Below are positions 1 through 8,642 of a stretch of DNA of 17,980 bases, piece by piece. The notes under the pieces are model-generated. The model was given only the letters and a program-made list of their open reading frames with translations, was not told where the DNA came from and ran no database searches. A program made the translations under genes and the position numbers. This stretch comes from Pseudomonadota bacterium. GTDB lineage: Bacteria; Bdellovibrionota_G; JALEGL01; DATDPG01. The first letter of the stretch is position 1; each line of letters starts with the position of its first letter. The DNA lies in contig JAZDIZ010000090.1 in NCBI GenBank assembly GCA_043804515.1, forward strand, positions 1 through 17,980, given 5' to 3'.

Positions 1-30
1 ATGGCGGCCACCACAACGAAGCGACCCTGA
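1..30 (+). CDS. 3' end of upstream gene, probably ClpP (partial)
   Basis: Frame 1 reads MAATTTKRP then TGA at 28-30, just upstream of clpX. The clpP-clpX-lon order is conserved. Identity rests on synteny only. Confidence 0.4.
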   Translation: MAATTTKRP

Positions 31-45
31 CCAAAGCGAGGATTG

Positions 46-1314
46 ATGAATCGAAAGGGAACTGAGGGAGGCGCGAACAACCTGAGTTGTTCCTTCTGCG
101 GCAAGAGCCAGAAGGAAGTGAAGAAGCTGATCGCCGGCCCTACCGTTTACATCTGCGACGAATGCATCGAGCTGTGCAACGACATCATCGCTGAGGAAAG
201 CGAGCGCGAAGAGAGCTACAGCGGCCGGGCGCGGATCCCGAAACCTTCCGAAATCAAGACCGTTCTGGACGAGTATGTGATCGGCCAGGAACGCGCCAAG
301 AAGATTCTCTCGGTCGCGGTTTACAATCACTACAAGCGCATTCAGCCCCGAACGGGCACAGGGGCGCCGACGCCGGACGTGGAACTTCAGAAGGCCAACA
401 TCCTGCTTTTGGGCCCCACGGGAACGGGAAAGACGCTTCTCGCGCAGACGCTGGCGAAGATCCTGAACGTGCCGTTCACGATCGTGGACGCCACGACACT
501 CACCGAGGCCGGTTACGTCGGGGAGGACGTGGAGAACATCATCCTGAACCTTCTGCAAAACGCCGAGTACGACATCGAGCGGGCGCAGCGCGGGATCGTG
601 TACATCGACGAGATCGACAAGATCTCGCGGAAATCCGAGAACCCTTCGATCACGCGGGATGTCTCGGGCGAGGGCGTGCAGCAGGCTCTTCTCAAGATCA
701 TCGAAGGCACGATGGCCAACGTCCCTCCCAAAGGAGGGCGCAAGCATCCCCAGCAGGAGTACCTGCAGGTGGACACCACCAACATCCTCTTCCTTTGCGG
801 CGGGGCGTTCGTGGGCCTGGACAAGATCATCGAGAAACGGCTTTCGGAGAGAAGCATCGGCTTCGGGGCCAAGATCACATCCAAGAAGGAACGGAAGGTC
901 GGGGAGCTCCTCCTGGATACCCAGCCCGAGGACCTTTTAAGGTTCGGATTGATTCCGGAATTCATCGGCCGGCTCCCCGTCATCGCCTCCCTGCACGAGC
1001 TGGACGAGCCGGCGCTGGTGGAGATCCTCACGAAGCCGAAGAACGCTCTCGTCAAGCAGTACCAGAAGTTGTTCGAATTCGAGAAGGTGAAGCTGAAGTT
1101 CACCAAGGGAGCCCTTACCGCCGTGGCTCAGCAGGCCCTGGCCCGGAATTCCGGCGCCCGCGGCCTCCGGTCCATCCTGGAGAACATCATGCTGGACCTC
1201 ATGTACGAGATCCCCTCCAAGGACAACATCGAGGAGTGCGTCATTTCGGAAGAGGTTGTTCTTAATAAGGAAAAGCCCATCGTCGTGTACCACCGCGAGG
1301 CCGAAACCGCCTGA
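46..1314 (+). CDS. clpX: ATP-dependent Clp protease ATP-binding subunit ClpX
   Basis: N-terminal zinc finger CSFCGK...ICDECIELC, Walker A GPTGTGKT, Walker [25 protein letters not shown] loop, GARGLRS. GAGGA at 38-42 favours ATG 46 over TTG 43. Confidence 0.98.
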   Translation: MNRKGTEGGANNLSCSFCGKSQKEVKKLIAGPTVYICDECIELCNDIIAEESEREESYSGRARIPKPSEIKTVLDEYVIGQERAKKILSVAVYNHYKRIQPRTGTGAPTPDVELQKANILLLGPTGTGKTLLAQTLAKILNVPFTIVDATTLTEAGYVGEDVENIILNLLQNAEYDIERAQRGIVYIDEIDKISRKSENPSITRDVSGEGVQQALLKIIEGTMANVPPKGGRKHPQQEYLQVDTTNILFLCGGAFVGLDKIIEKRLSERSIGFGAKITSKKERKVGELLLDTQPEDLLRFGLIPEFIGRLPVIASLHELDEPALVEILTKPKNALVKQYQKLFEFEKVKLKFTKGALTAVAQQALARNSGARGLRSILENIMLDLMYEIPSKDNIEECVISEEVVLNKEKPIVVYHREAETA

Positions 1315-1326
1315 CGCGCCCCACCC

Positions 1327-1354
1327 CTTGAAGTTTCCAATTCCGTTCCTATGT
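1327..1354 (+). promoter_or_regulatory. putative sigma-32 (RpoH)-type heat-shock promoter for lon
   Basis: CTTGAA (1327-1332), 14 nt, TCCTATGT (1347-1354) resembles the CTTGAA-N13/14-CCCCATNT consensus. lon is a classic RpoH regulon member. Confidence 0.5.
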
Positions 1355-1422
1355 TGACGGGGTCGAGTGGCCCTGTATTGAGCCGGGTCGGCTTCTGATA
1401 TAAGTGCGAGCGAGGTGAGTGA

Positions 1423-3906
1423 ATGATTTTTGAGAAACCCAAGGAAGGTCAGGACGTAAAGAGCCCCGGGCCGGTTCGGAAAGTGCCCGTGCTGCCGCTC
1501 CGGGACATCATCGTGTACCCCCACATGGTGGTGCCGTTGTATGTCGGCCGGAAGAAATCCGTCGCCGCGCTGGAACACGCCATGGCGAACGACAAGGACC
1601 TCCTTTTGGTGGCACAGAAGCGCGCGAAGGTGAACGACCCCGGACCCGAAGATATGTACGATATTGGAACCCTCGGGACGATCATCCAGCTTCTCCGCCT
1701 CCCCGATTCCACCATGAAACTCCTGGTGGAAGGCAAGAAACGCGCGCACATCCGGTCCTACGAAACGCGGGACGATTTTTTCATGGCCGAGATCGAGGAG
1801 GTGGCCGAAACGCAGAACGTCTCGGTCGAGAACGAGGCGCTCATGCGCAACGTGCACGCCACATTCGAAACCTACGTCAAGCTGAACAAAAAGATCCCGC
1901 CCGAGATGCTGATGTCGGTGGCTTCCATCGACGACCCGTCGCGCCTGGCGGACACGATCGCCGCGCACCTGACGCTTAAGCACAAGGACAAGCAGGAGGT
2001 TCTGGAAACCTCAGACGCCACCGTCCGCCTCGAGAAACTTTTCACGCTCATGCAGTCGGAGATCGAGATCCTGCAGGTGGAGAAACGGATCCGCTCCCGC
2101 GTCAAAAAGCAGATGGAAAAGACGCAGAAGGAGTACTACCTGAACGAGCAGATGCAGGCGATCCAGAAGGAGCTGGGAGAGAGAGACGAGTTCAAGACCG
2201 AAATCCAGGAACTCGAGGAACAGATCAAAGAAAAGAAGATGTCGAAGGAGGCGATCGGGAAGGTCGACAAGGAGCTCAAGAAACTCAAGATGATGTCGCC
2301 GATGTCGGCTGAAGCCACGGTCGTCCGCAACTACATCGACTGGATCATTTCGCTTCCCTGGTACGAGTACACGGAGGAGAAACTCAACATCGATGCGGCG
2401 CAACAGGTTCTGGACCGGGACCACTACGGCCTGGACAAGCCGAAGCAACGCATTTTGGAGTACCTCGCGGTCACCAAGCTGGTCGATAAGATCAAGGGGC
2501 CGATTCTGTGTTTCGTCGGGCCTCCGGGCGTCGGGAAGACGTCGTTGGCCAAGTCGATCGCCGGGGCGACGGGCAGAAATTTCGTGCGCCTGTCCGTCGG
2601 CGGCGTGCGGGATGAGGCTGAGATCCGGGGCCACCGCAGGACGTACATCGGCTCCATGCCGGGCAAAATCCTCCAGCAGATGAAGAAGGCCAGTACCTCG
2701 AACCCCCTCTTCCTCATCGACGAAGTCGACAAGATGTCGATGGATTTCCGCGGCAACCCCTCGGCGGCCCTTCTGGAAGTTCTGGACCCCGAGCAGAACA
2801 ACACGTTCAACGACCATTACCTGGACATGGACTACGACCTTTCACGGGTCATGTTCATCACCACCGCAAACTCTTTGTACGGGATTCCGAAGCCGCTCCA
2901 GGACCGGATGGAGATCATCCACCTGACCGGGTACACGGAAGACGAAAAACTCAACATCGCCGTGCGCCATCTCCTGCCCAAGCAGATCGGCGAAAACGGC
3001 CTGAGAGACGCCAACATCGAATTCACGGAGAAGGCGATCCGGTGCATCATCCGCCGCTACACGAAGGAGTCGGGCGTTAGGAACCTGGAGCGCGAGATGG
3101 GATCGGTCTGCCGGAAAGTCGCAAAAGAAGTGGTCCGGAACGGCGCCGAGTTCAAGATGAAGATCACGCCTTCGGTGGTTCAGAAGTTTCTGGGCCCTCC
3201 CAAGTACCGGTACGGCGTGGCCGAGCAGAAGAGTTTCATCGGCCTCACGACGGGGCTGGCGTGGACCGAACAAGGGGGCGACCTGCTCGCAATCGAGGTC
3301 ACCGTCATGCCCGGGAAGGGAAAGCTCACGATCACCGGGAAACTGGGGGAGGTCATGCAGGAGTCGGCTCAGGCCGCGCTTTCATACGTCCGGTCACGGG
3401 CGAAGGCCATGGGCCTGAAGGACGACTTCTATCAAAACATCGACATCCACATCCACGTGCCCGAAGGGGCCATTCCCAAAGACGGCCCTTCGGCGGGCGT
3501 CACGATGGCGACGTCCATCGCCTCGGCGCTGCTCCGGGTCCCGGTCCGCAGGGACGTGGCCATGACGGGCGAGATCACGCTGCGAGGCCATGTGCTACCG
3601 ATCGGCGGCTTGAAGGAAAAGGCGCTCGCCGCCCACCGCGGGAACATCCGCACGGTGATCATCCCAAAGGAGAATCAAAAAGACCTGGAGGAGATCCCCA
3701 AGAACATCCGCGGCCAGATGAAGTTCATCCTGGTGGAGCACGCGGACGAAGTCCTCCGCCAGGCTCTGGAGCTGGAAAGACCGGATGAATTCCTCAAGTC
3801 GGCCACGGAGTTCACGCTGAATATCTACGATACCGGAACGGAAGCGGCCCCGTCGACGCCGGCCAAGCCCGAGGAGACGCCCGGCCAGGAAAACATCGTC
3901 CACTGA
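1423..3906 (+). CDS. lon: ATP-dependent protease La (Lon)
   Basis: LON N-domain ([13 protein letters not shown]), AAA+ GPPGVGKT and [16 protein letters not shown], catalytic PKDGPSAG and GGLKEK. GAGGTG RBS upstream. Confidence 0.98.
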   Translation: MIFEKPKEGQDVKSPGPVRKVPVLPLRDIIVYPHMVVPLYVGRKKSVAALEHAMANDKDLLLVAQKRAKVNDPGPEDMYDIGTLGTIIQLLRLPDSTMKLLVEGKKRAHIRSYETRDDFFMAEIEEVAETQNVSVENEALMRNVHATFETYVKLNKKIPPEMLMSVASIDDPSRLADTIAAHLTLKHKDKQEVLETSDATVRLEKLFTLMQSEIEILQVEKRIRSRVKKQMEKTQKEYYLNEQMQAIQKELGERDEFKTEIQELEEQIKEKKMSKEAIGKVDKELKKLKMMSPMSAEATVVRNYIDWIISLPWYEYTEEKLNIDAAQQVLDRDHYGLDKPKQRILEYLAVTKLVDKIKGPILCFVGPPGVGKTSLAKSIAGATGRNFVRLSVGGVRDEAEIRGHRRTYIGSMPGKILQQMKKASTSNPLFLIDEVDKMSMDFRGNPSAALLEVLDPEQNNTFNDHYLDMDYDLSRVMFITTANSLYGIPKPLQDRMEIIHLTGYTEDEKLNIAVRHLLPKQIGENGLRDANIEFTEKAIRCIIRRYTKESGVRNLEREMGSVCRKVAKEVVRNGAEFKMKITPSVVQKFLGPPKYRYGVAEQKSFIGLTTGLAWTEQGGDLLAIEVTVMPGKGKLTITGKLGEVMQESAQAALSYVRSRAKAMGLKDDFYQNIDIHIHVPEGAIPKDGPSAGVTMATSIASALLRVPVRRDVAMTGEITLRGHVLPIGGLKEKALAAHRGNIRTVIIPKENQKDLEEIPKNIRGQMKFILVEHADEVLRQALELERPDEFLKSATEFTLNIYDTGTEAAPSTPAKPEETPGQENIVH

Positions 3907-3928
3907 CGGAGTCTTGGGGTGCTCCGGC

Positions 3929-4822
3929 TCAGGAGCCCTGGATCCGGATCGCCGAAAGTCCCGTTTTCGCCACGACGAATTCCCGAAAATCTTCGCCCTG
4001 GGTTCTTGCCAGATCCCGCAATCGGTCGTTGGCGGCGTTGAATTCCAACATGTACGCAAAGAACTCGTTCATGAACACGTAGGCGTCCTCTTCCCGATAC
4101 ACCCCTGAAAATTGTGTTTTGACATAGTTCCGATCGGCGTCCGTCAGGTGGTTGGTCCAATAATCCTTCACCACCCCCTGCAACGCGGGTGTGAAAAAAT
4201 ATTGCGCGTGCAGCGTCTCGTGACTGGCGGCCTGTCGAAAATCAAACGGGCTTTGAATCGAAACGGTGATCACGACGAACAGCGAGTCGCCGTTTTTCGC
4301 AACGAGTTTGTTCAAAACATTCGTCTCAAACGCTTTTTCCTCGGCTTTCAAAGGCCAATGCTTGCGCCGCATCCCTTCGTAAAAACCGAGGATCTCGGGG
4401 CTTTTGATGTCGTGGCCCGAGGATTCTTCATAATTGGCTTGAAGCGATCCGTTCCGCGGACGGACCAGAGTTCCTTTGGGAACCTTCATGAAACCCTCGG
4501 AAAAAAGGGCGATCCGGGAAAAGGCGAGATTCATGTGTTCCTGCTTGTATGTCGCGCACAAGTAGGTATGCGCCACTTCGACGAGCTCGGCGCACTCCGT
4601 GGGTGAAACCAGGTTCTTTCGATCGGCCCCATTCGCAATCGCCGGCATCGCGTAAGTCTGCCATTCCTTTTTCATGCGCGACCGAAGCGCATCGAAGCCC
4701 GTATTGATACTGAACGGTGTCTCCGAAAGCCTGATCTGGTCGAAAGCGCTTCGTAGGCCTTCCGCACGGGCCAAAGGGGCGGACATGAGCAAGATTAGCG
4801 CGAAGAATTTGGTGGTTTTCAT
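3929..4822 (-). CDS. secreted hypothetical protein with HExxH motif (possible zincin-like metallopeptidase)
   Basis: ATG 4822 gives a Sec-like signal MKTTKFFALILLMSAPLARA. SHETLHAQYF is followed later by NEFFAY. About 297 aa, convergent with lon. Confidence 0.7.
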   Translation of the reverse strand: MKTTKFFALILLMSAPLARAEGLRSAFDQIRLSETPFSINTGFDALRSRMKKEWQTYAMPAIANGADRKNLVSPTECAELVEVAHTYLCATYKQEHMNLAFSRIALFSEGFMKVPKGTLVRPRNGSLQANYEESSGHDIKSPEILGFYEGMRRKHWPLKAEEKAFETNVLNKLVAKNGDSLFVVITVSIQSPFDFRQAASHETLHAQYFFTPALQGVVKDYWTNHLTDADRNYVKTQFSGVYREEDAYVFMNEFFAYMLEFNAANDRLRDLARTQGEDFREFVVAKTGLSAIRIQGS

Positions 4823-4918
4823 GGGCGGTTTGGAAGCTCCTCTTGTCTTGGGTCGCAGGCTGATATCTCGAACAAGGCAGTGCGTCAAGGCGCACCGAAT
4901 TCTAGCCTCAGCGTTAGG

Positions 4919-5178
4919 GATGGCTTGCCTAGCCGTAGCCCCGGTTCAAATCGCAGGTCTATGCATTAACGAGGGGCTTCGGCGAGATCCGCCTCCGCGA
5001 AGGCTCCGGCGGGATAAACAGCCTTCGCCTCGTTACACTCGGCGCAAAGATGGCTTGCCAAGCCGAAGCCCTGCGCAAAATTGAAAGCCTTTGATTTATC
5101 GAAGCGCTTCGGCGTGATCCGCCTCCGCGAAGGCTCCGGCGGGATAAACAGCCTTCGCCTCGGTAAAAAAGGCGAATG
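4919..5178. repeat. two tandem 130-bp structured (REP-like) repeat units directly downstream of tRNA-Val
   Basis: Units 4919-5048 and 5049-5178 align without gaps. 4976-5032 vs 5106-5162 are 56/57 identical; 4919-4941 vs 5049-5071 are 21/23 identical. Several internal inverted repeats. Confidence 0.9.
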
Positions 5179-5179
5179 C

Positions 5180-5254
5180 TGGTGGGCGGTGCAGGGATTG
5201 AACCTGCGACCCCCTGCGTGTAAGGCAGGTGCTCTCCCGCTGAGCTAACCGCCC
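5180..5254 (-). tRNA. tRNA-Val (anticodon TAC)
   Basis: Minus strand reads GGGCGGTTAGCTCAGCGGGAGAGCACCTGCCTTACACGCAGGGGGTCGCAGGTTCAATCCCTGCACCGCCCACCA. Cloverleaf with anticodon stem CCTGC/GCAGG, loop CTTACAC, GTTCAA T-loop and encoded CCA. Confidence 0.97.
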
Positions 5255-5258
5255 AAAT

Positions 5259-5379
5259 GTTCGGCCTCGTCTAAACGGCCATCTGCTTCGTTACTCGTCG
5301 CTCGGCATCCTCACATACGGACTAAGTATGCTGCGGTGCCTCGCTCCTCGTGGCCTCGCATCTGTCCATTTATCCGAAC
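5259..5379. repeat. palindromic MITE/REP-like intergenic element
   Basis: Ends GTTCGG...CCGAAC, imperfect subterminal inverted repeat (TAAACGGCCATCTGC / GCATCTGTCCATTTA), central hairpin GGCATC..CATAC-ggactaa-GTATG..GGTGCC. Only one copy in this window. Confidence 0.5.
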
Positions 5380-5476
5380 CCTCATACATCCAGAAAGCCG
5401 GTTCCAGCACAATCGCCAATCTGACACCGATCCTACGCTTCGCTCGTGCCTCCTAACACGAAAAAGACCGGGTCCC

Positions 5477-6976
5477 CTACCAGGAATAATGGACCGAGTA
5501 TGTGAGAACCTTCTCGCCGGCCGGCGGAACTTTCACACGAAACTCGATGGTCTGGCTGTCCGTCTTTTTGAAATCGGCGCTCTTCTCCATGATCTTCCAA
5601 TTGATCCAGCGGTACAGATTCTCGACCACCCTCACTTCCGTTTCGTTCTTCTTGTGGTTCCTAAGCTTGATCTCGAAGCTCTCGTCCAGCCACCGCTTGG
5701 AAGTATCGATCTGGTAGTCGGTGCGGCGCCGTTCGCCCACGAGATCGAAGGCGTTTCCGGTGTACAGGCGGACGGTTTCGTCTTGCGGCGTGTGATCGAT
5801 GACGTTTTCTCCCGTAAACTCGAGCAAGCCGTCGTCATCCCTCCGATAGAAACGCGCCCTCCCCTTCGGCAGCGGGATCCCCAAGCCGTTATTCGAGGAG
5901 TTCATAAATTCCCGCATCACCCAGATTTTCGGATTCGACTGCGTTCCGTAATTTCGATCCTGGCGGATGGCCTCCGAATCCCAGCAGCCGTACCGGTTCC
6001 AATCGATCTTGGCTCCGTTGTATACGTAGAGCTCCTTCGACTGGATGTTCCCCGCGCGCACGAATTCAACCTGTTTCGTCTCGCGGTCGCACAACGTCAT
6101 GGAGCGATTCAGCGTGTACATGTGGTACTCGTCGAACGTTTTCTCTGTCACGACGGGTGCCGTCCTGCTCAAACTATCAAAGTCCATGCGCCCGGAACCG
6201 CCCGAAGACGGACTGCTCCGTTGAATTTTGTTCACATCGCCGGCGATCAGCTTCACCTTCGCCTCGTCGAATCGCTTTCCGCTCTGATTGTCCACCGTCA
6301 CCCACCCTATGAGGTCCAAGACGCTTCCCTTCGGCGGAGCCAGAATATTGTACGTGGCTTCCCACTTCATTCCCCCCGTGACATAGGCCAACTCGGCCAC
6401 GAGGGCTCCCGCCTGGTTCGTCTCAATCAGCCAGCTCAAGGTCGGCTTCAGAATCGAGTCGTCCGTCAGAGCCGGGAATACGGGCGTTCCCGGCAGACCG
6501 AAGCGGAGCTTCCCGTCCATTTCGATGATCGGCTGGGACTGCGACACGTTCGCCATCTGTGTCTGGTAATACTGCGGGCCGTAGGTTGAGAGTCCGGCCG
6601 AATGGGGGACATATCCGCTACGGATGATCTTTCCTTGGATCTTTTGCACCCCCTCCTTCTCGTGCACCTGAAACTCGATCACTTTCCCCTCGTAAAGGTT
6701 GAGAAGAAGGCCCTCCGACACGGGATCCGACCTGTAGTTCTGCTCCAAGATCCGGAACTCATGTTTCCCTGTCGGGTCCCGGAAGATCACGGAATCGGGT
6801 TCGACGTGCGCTGTCGTGTCGGCGTATGAAATACTGTTCACGCCCTTATCCAACTTGAGTTGCACCTTCTCCCGCACCACCGCAAAGCCTTGGTTGTAGA
6901 TCGTAAGCGCAGGCTCCGTCGCCAGGGCGCTCCCCGGCAGCACAACCGAAAACAGAACACCGATGAAACGATTCAT
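5477..6976 (-). CDS. DUF4139 domain-containing exported protein
   Basis: Strong RBS GGGGAGGAACC before ATG 6976, signal peptide, family-typical LTIYNQGFAVVRE, W-x-A-x-Y, GIPLPKGRARFY, IDHTP. 499 aa. The longer ORF call from 7330 is an upstream extension. Confidence 0.85.
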   Translation of the reverse strand: MNRFIGVLFSVVLPGSALATEPALTIYNQGFAVVREKVQLKLDKGVNSISYADTTAHVEPDSVIFRDPTGKHEFRILEQNYRSDPVSEGLLLNLYEGKVIEFQVHEKEGVQKIQGKIIRSGYVPHSAGLSTYGPQYYQTQMANVSQSQPIIEMDGKLRFGLPGTPVFPALTDDSILKPTLSWLIETNQAGALVAELAYVTGGMKWEATYNILAPPKGSVLDLIGWVTVDNQSGKRFDEAKVKLIAGDVNKIQRSSPSSGGSGRMDFDSLSRTAPVVTEKTFDEYHMYTLNRSMTLCDRETKQVEFVRAGNIQSKELYVYNGAKIDWNRYGCWDSEAIRQDRNYGTQSNPKIWVMREFMNSSNNGLGIPLPKGRARFYRRDDDGLLEFTGENVIDHTPQDETVRLYTGNAFDLVGERRRTDYQIDTSKRWLDESFEIKLRNHKKNETEVRVVENLYRWINWKIMEKSADFKKTDSQTIEFRVKVPPAGEKVLTYSVHYSW

Positions 6977-7035
6977 GGTTCCTCCCCATCCAATGAATGA
7001 CATTCGTCGCATCCGGCTGGCCGGATCAATCGAGA

Positions 7036-7227
7036 TCAGAGTTGCGAGAACGGCACGCGCCTTCGTTTCCACAGAACGAACAATACCGGATAAACGAGAA
7101 GCTCCAAAAAGAAGCTTGTGGCCAAACCACCCACCATGGGCGCGGCAATCCGCTTCATGACGTCGGCACCCGTCCCATGACTCCACATGACCGGGAGAAG
7201 CCCCATCATCATCGCCATGACGGTCAT
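7036..7227 (-). pseudogene. truncated paralogous cusA 3' fragment (last two TM helices)
   Basis: 63-aa ORF, 44/54 aa identical to the C-terminus of CusA at 8643-11939. In-frame TAG four codons upstream of the ATG; no clear RBS. Confidence 0.75.
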
Positions 7228-7257
7228 ACGGCGGCCCTAACCGCTTTGAGGGGAATG

Positions 7258-7791
7258 TCAGTTCTTGCCTTTTCGCTCCTGCTGCGAGCGAGCGACTTTC
7301 TGAAGTTCCTGCTGGGTGTCTCGAATCCATCGGAAGACGGCCTCACGCTGTACCTGGTTGATTCCCGAAGCTGGGTGCATCACGCGGTAGCGAAAAGGAG
7401 GCATCTCCTTTTCACGCACGACCTTCTCGATGGCCTTCAAATCTTCTTCAGGGCTGCCGTGTCCGCGGAACGGAAAGTCGCCGGTCATGTCAATGTGTTT
7501 CTTGGCTTCCGAGATATCCTTATCGATCAGGCCCTTTACCCACGGAAGCTCGTAATACCACGGAAAACGCGTCTGATCGCTATGACAGTCGAGGCAGGCC
7601 TCTTGAAAGATTGGTTTGACGCTTGAAACGTATCGCTGGTTGCTCAATCCCAAGGCTCTTGCCTTCTCCTTTTCCGCGGCCGAATTTTCCGCAGGGTTGG
7701 GTGCAGGATTCATGTGGTAATGTCTTTCATGTGCCCAAACGCAAACGGTGATCGACAGAGTCACGACAAAAACCAATAACCCCCACAACAC
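7258..7791 (-). CDS. haem-binding domain protein (single CxxCH, c-type cytochrome-like)
   Basis: Hydrophobic N-terminus, VKPIFQEACLDCHSDQTRFPWY and EMPP, as in the Haem_bd family. Start uncertain: GTG 7791 chosen, ATG 7887 possible. Confidence 0.8.
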   Translation of the reverse strand: MLWGLLVFVVTLSITVCVWAHERHYHMNPAPNPAENSAAEKEKARALGLSNQRYVSSVKPIFQEACLDCHSDQTRFPWYYELPWVKGLIDKDISEAKKHIDMTGDFPFRGHGSPEEDLKAIEKVVREKEMPPFRYRVMHPASGINQVQREAVFRWIRDTQQELQKVARSQQERKGKN

Positions 7792-7856
7792 ACAGCTGCC
7801 GCTCGGCCGCTCTTTCGAAACGGCTTTCCAAGGATCGGTTCTTTGGCTTCCAGTGC

Positions 7857-8615
7857 CTATTTCTTTGGCTCTAACGTCATTCCACATTTGGGACACCGCC
7901 CCGGCTCCTTCTGTGCGATCTCCGGATGCATCGGACAGGTGAAGAGCCGCGCTTGTGCCTTCGTTGCGCGGGTTTCGACTTTTGGGGCGACCGATCCCTG
8001 CCGCTGATCCCCTAGGACCCCCTTTCCCCAAGTTTGAAGCAACAAAACGTCTCTGGAATCCTTTGATTCAATCGTAATGACGGTCCGTTCGTTCGTGCCT
8101 TGAACGGAGACGGAAACTCCGGTCAAAAAGAACGGGCAACCGAATTCATGGGTCGTCTGACTTTGGCCAAAGGCCAGATGGCATTTCACTTGAGCTTCCA
8201 CCTTACGAATGCCACCGACCGAAGTTGAATCCATCACGACCTGAATGCCGCTGGGAGTGACGATGATCCTTTTTGAGAGCTTTTGATCTTCCAGCGGGCA
8301 ATAAGAAAGCTGATTGGCTGGGATTCCGCTGCAAGCGGCGGCGTTCATCCTTTCCAATTCCAAAGCGGCTTTCCGATGCGCCTCAACATGGCGTTCGTGC
8401 GTGAAGACCTGGGATGTATGCGAAAATCCAGAGCCCCTTTCCCGGCTCGTGTTTGCCTGTTCAAGGTCTTGGTGCATACGTACTTCATCTTCGTGGGTTG
8501 AAGCTTCTCGGCGGTGTTCCGCTACCGTCATGTCCGTTGGGTTCGACCCGGGAACAGGCGAGGGGGTGCACCCTGCCACGAGAATCGTTGCCGCTATTGA
8601 AAGCATGGTTTTCAT
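7857..8615 (-). CDS. His/Cys-rich lipoprotein with C-terminal heavy-metal-binding domain (HMBD)
   Basis: RBS GAGGAG, lipobox LVAG-C, His-rich N-region, C-terminal FTCPMHPEIAQKEPGRCPKCGMTL. Confidence 0.85.
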   Translation of the reverse strand: MKTMLSIAATILVAGCTPSPVPGSNPTDMTVAEHRREASTHEDEVRMHQDLEQANTSRERGSGFSHTSQVFTHERHVEAHRKAALELERMNAAACSGIPANQLSYCPLEDQKLSKRIIVTPSGIQVVMDSTSVGGIRKVEAQVKCHLAFGQSQTTHEFGCPFFLTGVSVSVQGTNERTVITIESKDSRDVLLLQTWGKGVLGDQRQGSVAPKVETRATKAQARLFTCPMHPEIAQKEPGRCPKCGMTLEPKK

Positions 8616-8642
8616 GCTGATCTCCTCTCTAAAACATTGGTT

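Noticed and set aside
2743..2760. Lon DFRGNP instead of the common RGDP
   Set aside because: A single substitution with all catalytic motifs intact; no functional claim is supportable.
4674..5084. 136-aa plus-strand ORF running into the repeats
   Set aside because: Antisense to the HExxH gene, and its tail is translated repeat sequence.
4919..5178. CRISPR array interpretation of the repeat with 34-nt variable segments
   Set aside because: Only two units, a 130-bp period, variable segments homologous to each other (19/34 without gaps), and no cas genes.
5461..5478. Possible terminator after the DUF4139 gene (GGGACCCGGTCTTTTT)
   Set aside because: The stem is short and mostly G-U pairs; too weak to call.
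5336..6589. 417-aa plus-strand ORF and other long antisense or alternative-frame ORFs (e.g. 937-1983, 2011-2817, 11157-12341, 12369-13361)
   Set aside because: They shadow well-supported genes in GC-rich DNA and have no recognisable motifs.
6977..7330. N-terminal extension of the DUF4139 ORF to 617 aa
   Set aside because: It overlaps the cusA fragment and the haem gene. The strong RBS and signal peptide point to ATG 6976.
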